A DNA stretch of 64,000 bases from Penicillus capitatus (taxonomy: Eukaryota; Plantae; Chlorophyta). Shown here in pieces: positions 1 to 11,158 of the stretch. Within the stretch, counting starts at the first letter, position 1, and every line of letters starts with the position of its first letter. The position numbers and the translations under genes are program-made. The notes beneath the pieces are model-generated. The model was not told the DNA's origin and searched no databases. It was given only the letters and a program-made list of their open reading frames with translations. The stretch covers positions 236,101 through 300,100 of the forward strand of contig OZ287704.1 of the NCBI GenBank assembly GCA_965649825.1. The letters run 5' to 3'.

Positions 1-1300
1 GCTGGAAAACGGAGCAGAAGTGAATCTTCGTTCGGTCACAAATGAAAGACCGATCATCCACGCGCAAACAGAGAACGATGTCCCTCTTTTAGAACTGCTC
101 GTCCGCTCAGGCGCCGAAATTAATTTCCAAGATGCCGAAGGCAAGAACAATGCATCTCGTGTTTTGATCAGCACGAGAACATGGTGAACAGGAGAGACGC
201 CGTTGCACGAGGCATCTGCCTACGGTGCAACAGAGAACGTCCGTTTCTTGATCGAACGAGGGGCGAATGTATCCGTCAGGGAACAGAACGGACGTACACC
301 AGCAGAGTTTATCTGCAACTGTTTGAGCATTGATGAACGGTTAGCGGCTCCTTGTTTCGATGGAACCTGCACTGAAAAGGACATACGAGCCATTAAACGT
401 GTCTTCCAAGAAGTAAACGTCACATCATGGTCTCCTTAGCTCAGACATCACGCATTCTAGGCCGATCGCAATCGGCGTAGTGCAGAAGACAACGCCACCA
501 CCGTAGAGGATCTGTGGCTGGCGATCGTCCGTCGCTCAGTTAAAGATGTGACGTCGATCTTGGAAACTGGCTCTATTGAGATCCAAGCTGTGACGCAGAG
601 TCAGACGGGCGATTGGGACGAAGGACAGTCCGCTCTGCATCTGGCCATCCTGACGGGCAATATCAAGATCTGTGAGATTCTGCTGGAGAACGGTGCCCGT
701 CCCGCTGCACGTAACGCCATTGGCAACACACCCTTGCATCTGGCAACAGAGAGCAATTCTGTCCCACTCGTTCAACGCATTCTGGACCAGAACGTCACCA
801 TCAATGCACAGAATGACGCTGGCCAGACAGCACTGCACATCGCCTCTTTCAACGGTCTGACAGAGGTGGCACGTTTACTGGTCTCGGCCGGTGCCTCTCA
901 GGATGTTCATGACAATGAAGGGGCCACAGCAGAAGAGATCTTCTGTACGTGTCTGTTGGAGGAGACATGTCATAAAGGGACGTGCTCCAGTACCACCGAT
1001 CTGTTTCATCTGATGGAAGTGCTCAATGTCACAGACAGCAGGACCCAGGAACAGTACAATCAACTGTACTTTCAAAATGCCGGTGGCGGCGATCCAAATG
1101 CTCCATCGATGGATCGTCTGCCGGACGATGACGATGGGGCCTCTTCTTTGGGGTTGTTCGTGGGACTGCTGTTCTCTTTCGCTTTCATGTTTTTTGTGAT
1201 TTATGGCATTGCCGTTTGCCGCATGCAGCAACCGAATAACTCTAATCGCGTTCAAATGATGAACAACCCTCGCCGCTCTCGCCGCCGTGCGATCATTTGA
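1..1300 (+). CDS. Ankyrin-repeat protein with two Ank+Cys-motif modules and a C-terminal transmembrane helix (5' partial)
   Basis: Ankyrin motifs (GETPLHEA, QSALHLA, NTPLHLA, QTALHIA). Introns 141-191 (GC-AG) and 413-460 (GT-AG) restore the frame. Hydrophobic LFVGLLFSFAFMFFVIYGIAVC precedes the TGA at 1298-1300. Confidence 0.85.
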
Positions 1301-1341
1301 ATGCCATCTCGAATTCGAGACATGTCATCAAACTTTCTTTC

Positions 1342-4216
1342 TCACATTGACCGAAAAGATTTTACGAAGGACACAACTTTGAAGCATCGTTTGTGCAGCT
1401 TTCGTTGCTGTTGTGGGGTCATCCAATTGTCACTGCCTTGTCCACGAGATTGGACAATCCATGGCTGAAACTGGTATGTAAGAAAGACCAATAATTTTCG
1501 CGAAAACGCCAGAAGCTTTTCGGAAAGAGCGAGTTTCGCAAATGATTTGAGAAGGGTTTCGGAGGAGGAATAGGCAAGAAACAACTGCGAGAAGAAGATT
1601 CTCCAGAAGAAAAGGCGCTTCTCTGACAACGACAGGGACAGATCTGCACCCTACATCTTCATTTCTCACTCTTTTCACACAGCGGCAGTCTAAACCAACC
1701 TTGAGGATCGCAAGAGCAAGAGATTCTTTGGAGAGTAGATCTGCCAGGAGCTTTGCCAAATGATCGAGCATTCGCACATCCATCTCATCCAGCAACTGCA
1801 AAACAGGATCTCCATTGGCAAAAATTTGCAGAATGGATGAGAGGTCTGTCTCCTTGCCTTGAGTTTGTCGAAGAGGCAGAATTTGAGTGTGATGCCATGA
1901 GATTTTTTGGAAAGGCACAGTCGGGTGGCGACAGCACTGTAGAACGGATTCCATCTCTTTTCTTGCAGACAGCACTCCAGCAACACACGCATAACTTCTC
2001 GATCCTGTTCTCCCTGTTACGCACACCATCGACTGCATCCTGCCCGAAGAGAGATGACAGAAACCTTTAACGGTAATCGTAACAGCTTCTCACAAGCATC
2101 TAAGACATCCTGGGAGCCCATTAGGGTACAGAAGACAGCCTTGCGTACATCTGTGTTCATTCGCTGACGTGCTGCCAGCGAAAGCAATTCGCCATTTACA
2201 GCATCTGCGACACTATCTGACAGCTGCATTCTATCCTCTTGCTTCATGATATCCTGCGCTTCTGGCAGCCACCAATGTCCTAGGTGAAAACAATCTCTGG
2301 TATTGTCACTGCCCTGTTAGTGAGCTGCCTGATTTGTTTGATGATGAGACCTTCTCCCATGTCAAATCCACCAATGCCATGCGAGAAGCTTCGATCTGAG
2401 ACAGCCATTTTGCCAGAGTGGGAGAGAGATTCTTGAAGCTCTCCCTTCTGCCGCTTCGAGCAAGTTTGTTGTTCTTCACATCGATGACCAGATCCAACAT
2501 GATTTCAGCTCTCTGGCTTAGTTCGCCTTTAGTGCATCACGCATGAGTGACGCAATCAGTAGCTGGTACACCGACCTTCACTCGATAACTGAGCAGCTCT
2601 GTTGTGCACTTCCAACACGAACTCTTTCATGGATGCCGGATCATCAGATCGCAGTTTTAAACCACAGGCTTCCAACATCCGGTGAATCATTGATATATCC
2701 AAATCCTGTACCCACGTCAAATCATACCACATTTCCTCAGATCATGGACGCAGTGCCTCAAATCTTGTGGCCAATAGATGAAGAAGTCCGTAAAGAAGAC
2801 GCGATGTGACAATGCCACAAAGATAGAGATGGCACAAGAGGCTGACAGTGTTGAGGGCACCCAATGTGTTCTTCGTTTCGTAGCAGCGCTTCAGTTGTTC
2901 GGCAGAGGATGCGAGAAAGGTGGCAGAGATCTCATGCGCGTTGGTCAAAGTACAGGTGGCAGAGACGGCAGCAGCCGCAATGCCAACAAACTGCTCCGTC
3001 GCTCTTGGGCCTTCTGCCGTAGCCTAATACATAGCAATCGTTCCTGGATTTCAAAATCACTGTGGAAAAATGACGTGCCTTTGTGATCTCCCTTGCAATG
3101 GCTTGACACACAAAGTTGCGGCCCATCGACGCGTACATGTGAACGATATCCTGCACAATCTCTGCCACAGAGATTGAGTGAGATAAATGTGTGAGATATG
3201 GCGGATTCACTCTTGATGTTCTCTTCCGAAAGTCTGTTGAGCAGTCCTCGTATCCGTCGGTCGACGATATCCTTATTGGAATTCGGCATCGTGCGTGCCC
3301 CTATCCGAGCAGCTCTGAGTTGCGGAGGAATATACTTTCCATCTACGCACTCCACACCATCGATTCCAGACCAACAAACAACCTCATACATCATCACCTT
3401 TCTGTTTATCGCGGAGGCTATCGATATTGAAGGCATGATGCTGTTGGCCTCTCTCTTCATCGATTTCTTCGTACTGCTCTTCAGAAGATACCACAGACGA
3501 GCTGGCTTCACCGGACGTTGTGCTGGCGTGCTCCTGCATCTCATGTGATGGTTCCTGCTGAGATGGACTGTAGCAATGGGCGTTACAGATGTTGATGGTA
3601 TTACGTCGGAGTGCATATCTGATGGTGATTCTTGATCCGGAATGCCGTCAACAGGTTCGTCGTCAAACCCATCCAGCAATCCATCCAGATTCAGATCTGC
3701 TTCAACTTCCTGCCCCATCGCAGATTCTCACTCACGAAAGGCTGCTAAAAGAGTGACCTGCTTTGTTCGTTTCAGTTTCTTTGCAAGCATCTCGATGATT
3801 CGCTTCTCTTCTTCATAAGCTTTCGTCAGAGAATCTCTCCTCGGATCATCTTCAGCAGCTTCGACCGTCTCCCTTTGCGAAGCTCTTTCGCGTTTGGCCG
3901 AAAGCTGTGCCACTCGGTCGTCGGATGCGTTTTTTGCTTTTTCTCTCGAGATCGGGCTGCTTACGGATACATCTTTGGCAGATTTACGTTGTGAGTATCG
4001 ATGCCGTTTTCTGTTTTGCAGCCGAACTCGAAAAAGAGCAATGTTTTCGCACTTCTTTCGTTTTTTCTCCCGTCGTGCTGCACAGCGGATCTCTTTTCGA
4101 TTTCTCCCCAGTGCTCCTCTACTGTATGCACCTCCCCTCTTGGCTCTCTGCCCCACATTCCGAGCGACTTCTCCCAACAAACGTTGAGGCAGTCGAGGGC
4201 GACGACACTCCGACAT
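1342..4216 (-). CDS. NOM1: Nucleolar MIF4G/MA3 domain protein (NOM1/Sgd1-like), at least 7 introns
   Basis: IRGLLNRLSEENIK (MIF4G start), LRSDDP, KSGHWWLP, and MNTDVRKAVFCTLMGSQD (MA3). Hand-spliced introns include GC donors at 2756 and 2328. Confidence 0.88.
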
Positions 4217-4308
4217 GTCACAGGCACCTATGTCGTACAATGCCTTGTGGCCTCTGCCTCCACTATCTTCCCCGTTACCTCACATTCCCACGCCGTCGGC
4301 GACAAAAG

Positions 4309-5020
4309 ATGACATCCCATGCTTTTGAACACGTATAGAAGCACAGCTCCTGTCCTCTACTCCGCCGAGATAACACCGAATTAGGCATGCTCTGCGTTAG
4401 ACGCCGTGGAGAGGCGGCCGCAGTTAGTGGTCTTTGACTTGGACTACACTCTGTGGCCGTTTTGGTGTGAGACCATGACGGCACATTCGACTCCTCATCT
4501 CTTTCCCGAAGCCCTGCCCATCATCGACGCCCTGCGGTTCAGAATGCGTCGATTTATGAGAGCTGCCGCATCTCATGTGAAGGTCAAAAGACATTAAGAT
4601 GGCCGTGGCTTCCCGCACACCGACGCCCAAAGTGGCAAACGCTTTTCTAGACAAGCTCGGTAAATCCATTAGCAGCTGATCAGATCACACAACGTCCTTA
4701 GATTTGAGGAGTCGATTTGACAGCATTCAGCTCATCCCAGCGTCGTCCGGCTGGGATCATCATAGTGCCCAGAAGGACACGGCACACTTTCCAAACATTC
4801 AGAAAGAAACCGGAATTCCGTACGCACAAATGCTCTTCTTTGATGACGAGTATCCCAACATCCAAAAAGTGATCACGCTTCTCTCGTCGTTTCCTTCACT
4901 GACTTGACATCCGTTCGTCTGCAGGTCTCAAGATTGGGCGTCACTTCAATTCTCGTAGATTCAGGCGTCTGTTTGAATTCTTTTAGAGAGGGACTGCAGC
5001 GTTTCGCGTCAAAAGTGTGA
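4309..5020 (+). CDS. MDP1: Magnesium-dependent phosphatase 1 (HAD family IIIC), 4 introns
   Basis: LVVFDLDYTLWPFW (motif I), AVASRT and MLFFDDE. First exon MTSHAFEH (4309-4332) is joined by intron 4333-4384. Confidence 0.9.
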
Positions 5021-5082
5021 GAAAGAGTGAGATATCGTTAAATGGCCATCTACGTGTGTTTATCACGTTGCACGTGAACGAA

Positions 5083-6863
5083 TTAGGTTCGGAATGTGTA
5101 AGAAGTCGAGGTCGTTACGTATCGCACCCATCGATGGGGATTGTAGCCCCACTCTTTCTTGGCGATGTGTAAGTACTGCAGATTCAGACGGGAAGCACAG
5201 TATGCAGGAATCGTAAATTTGAGATTCACAGGACCCACTTCTCTTCTGACCATAGCGCCAAATGCCTGCAAGAGCACCACGCGTCGCATTTGGCATTGCT
5301 GCTGCCCGGGGACGACACACTTTGTCTAGCGTGGCTCGAATGGCAAGCACGAATTCTTCTCCTCCTTTGAAAGACTTCATCGTCCACACCACCATATGCG
5401 TCTTTTCATTGAAGTCCCACGTATGCCCTGTCGTTTCAGATGCATGAGCGATGGCAGAAAGGGAGACAGTGGAGTGCCTTTGCCAGAAGATTCGCACAAG
5501 ACACGCGACACGCACTTAGGCATGGGCACTTCAACTTCCACCCCATTCGATGCCTTTTCCTTTGGAATCTCGTTAATGATACGGATCTGCACCAACGCCT
5601 GACCCAATGCCATTCTCAATGAAAGAAACTCGGATCGGCGTTGAGACACGAACCTTGAATGGCGATGATTCGTCCTGGTCGATCGTGGTATAGACTTTGA
5701 ATGGGGGTCGGATGCTCGACGTACAACGGTAGTTCATCAGAGCAAACTCGCCGGTAACTGGCGTGAGAGAGATGGATCGTTCGATGTCGAACTGATCCAA
5801 CTGAGCACTCTCATGAAACTGACAATCGTCTAAGACGACTGGATCATCATAGATCCCTCAACACAATCTCACTCTTTCTCACTCTACTCCAAGGTATATT
5901 CCTCACCGTAAGCCTGATGTCCAATGCAGACATTGTCATTGAGCTTGATTTTGACGCAAGGGTTGCCGTGCAGATAGCTGCGGATCTAGATGCCAAGTGT
6001 GATCTGATGTGACGTATGTGTGAGAGTGCGTGATCTCGTTACTTGAATGGCCCCATCGATTTGACCCGTCTGCATGAAGCCGGTGGAGCTGAAGACGCAC
6101 ACCATCTTCTCAATCACGTCGATGAATATCTCTTCTCTTCTCTTTCCATCCGTCCGATCCGTTTCGAGGACAGATTTGAAAAGCCCTGTCGCGCCTTTCT
6201 GCAATCCAAAGGACACATTGCCCTTTACACTCTGTCCAAGACAGCAATGGTGACATCGATGTAATGGCTGGATTGTACGCACCACTGTGGGAGTGACAGG
6301 CGTCGGTTGGCTCAGAATGAAGGATTTGAGTTCATCTGTCGAGGTGATTTGTGGAAAACCGTAGTCCAGAATCTCGTCGATCAGTTCGTAGATGAGAATG
6401 AAATTCTTGCGAATGGCCTCTTCCCCCACCGCCCCACAGTAATCCTGTATCACGCTCTCACACTCTCTCACACTTTTGACGTGACCTTGATGAGCATGGC
6501 AATGCGTTTGAGGAGTTCCATCACCACAGCAGGCGAGATGTTCTCTTTTGTCGTGGCGACGAGGACCACGCCACCCTCCTGCAGAACAGATGGGATGAGA
6601 GACGGAGTTTGTTCGTTCGGCCAGTTGTCGTTGCCTTGAGGTGGACATACGACACTCCATCGACGAGAAAAACTGGCGGCGCTTCGTCATTCTCTTTCCA
6701 GAACCGGAACTTTCGATAGAACACTTCGCTGCTCGTCTGCACCGTACACAGCTTCCAAGCAGCTTCTTATCGACGATGTGCATACCTGCGCTACATTGCC
6801 GAGGAAATCCCGTCGAATAATGACGTCTCCCCTGGGAGAGAGAACGAAGAACTGAGATAACAT
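5083..6863 (-). CDS. AP4M1: AP-4 adaptor complex mu subunit, 8 introns
   Basis: MLSQFFVLSPRGD N-terminus, RKNFILIYELIDEILDYGFPQ, EIFIDVIE, DDCQFHE, and a C-terminal PHRWVRYVTTSTSY. Confidence 0.92.
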
Positions 6864-7116
6864 TCGTGCATGCAGTAGATGATGACGTGCATCCGTTGAT
6901 TAAGCTCGATGCCGCATGACCGCAGTCACGAACGCGATGAGCGTCACCGACAGCGACACAGACGACGCAGCCGAAGTCCATCTTCAAAACGCAAAAAGCA
7001 AGCAACAGAATAGAGGGACAGGCATAACAGCAGAAACGATGTGACAGCAGAGAGGAGGAAGAAGGACTAGATTCGGGAGAGGAGAAAAAACAACGGCTGC
7101 GTGAACGATTGGCAAA

Positions 7117-8185
7117 ATGGAAGAAACGACAAGTGTGACCACACTGAGAAAACCTCGTTACACTTCTCACTCTTTTTGGCAAAGGGCGTCGAAGAAGAGA
7201 CCAAACTCGATGCGCCAACACTGCCACCGTTCGCCTCTCACTCGCGTTCTGCCACACTTGCGATCTCTGCGGATGACAGGACAAAATGTGATGACGAGGA
7301 AAAGAAAGAGGTTTGCGTTCAGGAACTAGAAGTGCGATCGATGTGACGTGCCGATTCAAAAGAGTGAGAATGTGTCTTAGGTGGATGCATTGGACGCTTT
7401 TATGGCGAACGAAGTGATTCCAGAGGTGAGTGCAGCTGCTCAGGCCGTTCAGACGCAGAAAGAGCAAGAGAAGCTCGCCAAAGCCAAATCCCTGGCGGTT
7501 TGTTCTTTCTACTAAACGTCACATCATCTCACTCTCTATCTTACTTTTCACAAAGGCTGGCAAGAAAGTAAAGCGGCCGAAGTTCCTTGACGAATCCGAT
7601 TCGGAGGACGAAGCCAATCTCGAAGTCGAAATACCGACAAACAAAGTCAAACTCGTTGTCGGTCCAAGCGGCGTCAAGATCAGCGAGATCCAAAAGAAAT
7701 CCAAATGCCGCATTCAGATTCAGAAGAAACCCGAAGATCTCAACCGTGCCTTCGGTTCTGGTCCCGAGCCCACCAAACCTCGCGGCACGTCCAGCAACAG
7801 CACGACGACTCTGCTCATCTACGGCGATCCTAAAGGCGTCGCCGTTGCCAAACGTCTGATTGACGAGGCCATCGAGAACAAAGAGCAAAAACGACAGCAG
7901 CGACAGCGGGAGTACGAGAAGAAACGATCGGCCAAGAATCGCGAACGGCAGATCTACCACCTACGTCATGCACGTGACTACGACGTCCTGGGATTGCCGC
8001 TAGGGGCGAGCAAGACCGAAGCGAAGAAGGCCTATCGTAAACTCGCTGTGCAGTTTCATCCAGACAAGTATACCGGAAGCGATAAAGAAGCTGCCCAGCA
8101 ACGATTTCTCGAAATCCAGCGCGCCTATCAGAGTCTGATGTCGACAGATGAGGATCAGCACATTGAGCAATTAGGCACGGCGTGA
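7117..8185 (+). CDS. KH-domain + C-terminal DnaJ-domain protein, 3 introns
   Basis: KH signature LVVGPSGVKISEIQKKSKCRIQI and J-domain YDVLGL...YRKLAVQFHPDK. The TGA at 8183-8185 overlaps the next ATG. The 5' exons are inferred from GT-AG splicing. Confidence 0.82.
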
Positions 8186-11038
8186 TGACCCATGCGCGTC
8201 TGAGAGACACGTTTACATTTCACTTGAGCTGCGACGTCGATTTGCCGTTTCAAGTGCGCATTGTCTCGTGCCACGGCGTCGAGCCGCAGAGGACGAACTC
8301 GGCGCGAGCGTCAGCAGTGTACGTCTGCGCGTGTGTCTGCGATGACGGCGAAATTATCGGCGCTTCGGAACGCACGCGATATTACGATCGAAATCCGTCG
8401 CAATGTGTGATCGACGAGAATCTCATCTTCTGTATGAAGTTTCGAGATTTGCCAGAAACGGCTCAATTGGCCTTTACAGTAAAGACGCGTATGTCATTCA
8501 GAAGTGTGATAGAGTGAGATTAGGTCTATGAACTCCAAGAGACGAATGGAGAGACATTGCTGGGTGGTGCAACGATGCGACTGTTCAACAAACGTGGCAA
8601 ACTGAAAACGGCGGAGCATCATTTGAGATTGTGGTTGGGGAAGAAGCCAGATTTGAAGATCCCATCCAGCACTCCTGGAAAACGTCCCCTGGCGGAACGC
8701 GGAGAACTTGGCCGTCTCGAAAATCTCATGAAAAAATACGCAAGGCACGCATAACTACTCCTCACCGTGTAGAAGATGTCTCTCGTTACAGGGGTGATAT
8801 TCCGAAGCTCGAATGGTTGGACCGAATGGCATTTAAGAGAATTGAGAAGTTACAGAGTGAATTGGGACGTGAGGATCAGAGTGTGAAGCTCACGATTAAG
8901 CTGCCGCTGTTCCATCATGCTGTTCTCTATCAGAGTTCCCCAGTCGATGCCAAGACCAAAGTGACGAGCAAAGGCGTGATCGAAACGAAGGATCCACTCG
9001 AGAATCTCCTCACGATCCCAGATCCGGAGATTGGCCAGGAGAATCCGATCGACAACAAAGCGCAGAAACTGGCTCGAAATTTCAGACGAGGACGGATCGA
9101 TATGGATCTGAAGCCGAACGGTGAAGAGCGGAAGAGACTGACGGCCGTTTTGAAACTGCCTCCCAACAAAACCATCGCCACACAAGACAAAACCATTCTC
9201 TGGCAATTCAGGCAAGCAGAAACATGATCGAACAAGAAACACACGTATGGATGGATTCAGAGGAACGCTTATTTCTGAGAAAGCAGCGCTGACGAAGTTT
9301 CTAAAGAGTGTGGATTGGTCGGATGCGCGAGAAGCCCGAGAGAGCGAAGAACTCATGGAGAAATGGGCGCCGATTGATATCGCCGATGCCTTGGAGCTTC
9401 TCTCGCCAGATTTCAAAAACCAAAGCGTCCGTGCCCATGCCGTGAAAGTACTGGAGCGGGCCGATGACGATGAGTTGCTCTGCTATCTCTTGCAGCTCGT
9501 GCAAGCATTGAGATATGAAGTCGAAGACCACTCGCAACTGGCCACCTTTCTCGCCTCGCGTGCCGCAGCCAATCCCAAACTCGCCTTCTTTTTTCACTGG
9601 TATCGCGTAGTCCCACTGTGTACGAAATACAGACATGTGTGCTGGCGTTGTGTCTAGGTATCTCTTTACTGAGCGAAACGACAGCGCGTTTGGCAATCGT
9701 GTGGCAGAGGTTCACAGTCTGTTTGAGACGAAATTGGAGGCGATGCCCCACGGAGAAATCGTGTGGGGATTTCTGAAAAGACAGAACGAAATGGTGGCGC
9801 AGCTATCGCGTCTCTGGTAACTCTCATTGTTCTTCCCGCCCTCCTCGTTCGACCACCTCTGCCTGTGCTCAGCAAAGAGATGCACGGGGCCAAATGGAGG
9901 GACCGGAACAAAGTGGAGCATCTGCATAAGCTCCTCAGTGATCAAGGCCTCTGTGCAGAGCTCATGTCGCTGAGGGTGCCTCTCCCGATCGCCCCATCCA
10001 TTCTCCTGACGGGTATCGTTCCACAAGAATGCACCGTCTTCAAGAGCAAGCTCTCTCCCCTTAAGCTCACCTTCAAGGCTGAGCCGAACTCTTTGGATTC
10101 CTTCTTCATGCGCACTCCAGGGACGCCCGGTGTCATGAGTCCAGCAGAGAGCCTTGGCAAACAGAGCCAGGCGCTACCTTACTGCATCCAGGACAACAAC
10201 AAATGTGTTTTGATCTTCAAGAAAGGGGACGATTTGCGACAGGATCAGTTTACCGTAGCCATGTTCGATCTAATGGATCGTCTGCTGAAGAAAGAGAATC
10301 TGGATTTAATGCTGACGATTTATCAGGTGCTGCCCACTTCGCCTGACAGCGGATTTGTAGAATTCGTCAATTCGAAAGCGCTGGCGCAGATTCTGGCACA
10401 GCATCGAACCATTCTGAAGTTTCTGGCGCTACATCATCCGGATCCCAGCAATGTACCCTACGGCATCGAGCAGCAGACACTGCAGACATTCGTGCGCAGC
10501 TGTGCTGGGTACTGTGTCATGACCTACATCCTGGGCGTCGGCGATCGACACCTTGACAATCTCATGCTCACGTCTTCTGGTCGTCTCTTTCACATCGACT
10601 TTGGCTACATCCTTGGTCGAGATCCAAAACCGTTTCCGCCTCCGATGAAGATCTGCAACGAAATGGTCACCCATCTCTCTCCTTTCTTTCTACCCTGTCT
10701 GAGGCATGATGGGACGGATGGTTTAGGTGGAGGCTATGGGTACAACGTCGAGTCCTCACTATGAAGATTTCGTAAAGTACTGTTGCGAGGCCTACAACAT
10801 CATCCGGAAGAATTCGAACCTCGTTCTGAGTCTCTTTCATCTCATGGCTGGATCTTCCATCCCAGATATCAGTATGGATCCCGAAAAGGCCATGCTCAAA
10901 ATCCAAGAACGTCTGGAATTGGACCTTGATGATGGCATGGCTGTTCAGAAAATGAAGCATCTCATTAACGAATCGGCCAACGCACTGATGCCGCAGATTA
11001 TGGAGACGACCCACCGATGGGCACAATACTGGAAATGA
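8185..11038 (+). CDS. VPS34: Phosphatidylinositol 3-kinase class III (Vps34), 6 introns
   Basis: C2-region FHLSCDVDLP, helical EKAALTKFL, kinase motifs KKGDDLRQDQ, GVGDRHLDN and HIDFGYILG, and the HRWAQYWK C-terminus. Confidence 0.95.
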
Positions 11039-11082
11039 TGTGACATCTCATCCCTTCCACCCCGCGTCCATCAGGAGGCGTA

Positions 11083-11087
11083 TGTAA
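11083..11087 (+). promoter_or_regulatory. TGTAA poly(A)-signal candidate for VPS34 (and possibly KH-DnaJ)
   Basis: TGTAA 44 nt after the VPS34 stop. TGTAA is the known chlorophyte near-upstream element. Confidence 0.55.
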
Positions 11088-11158
11088 GTCATTCACTTGA
11101 CGTGTCTCCTCTTACTCGAGCGCGTTGTCCCGTAGCGCCTCTTTGTTTACAAAGCAGA

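Noticed and set aside
5986-7467. 493-aa ORF in the track
   Set aside because: A chance read-through of intergenic DNA, introns and AP4M1 exons. Only parts are real coding sequence.
7989-7993. TGGGA (calicivirus TURBS-like 18S-complementary core) upstream of the TGATG overlap
   Set aside because: It lies about 190 nt upstream, farther than in described TURBS elements, and a 5-mer is expected by chance.
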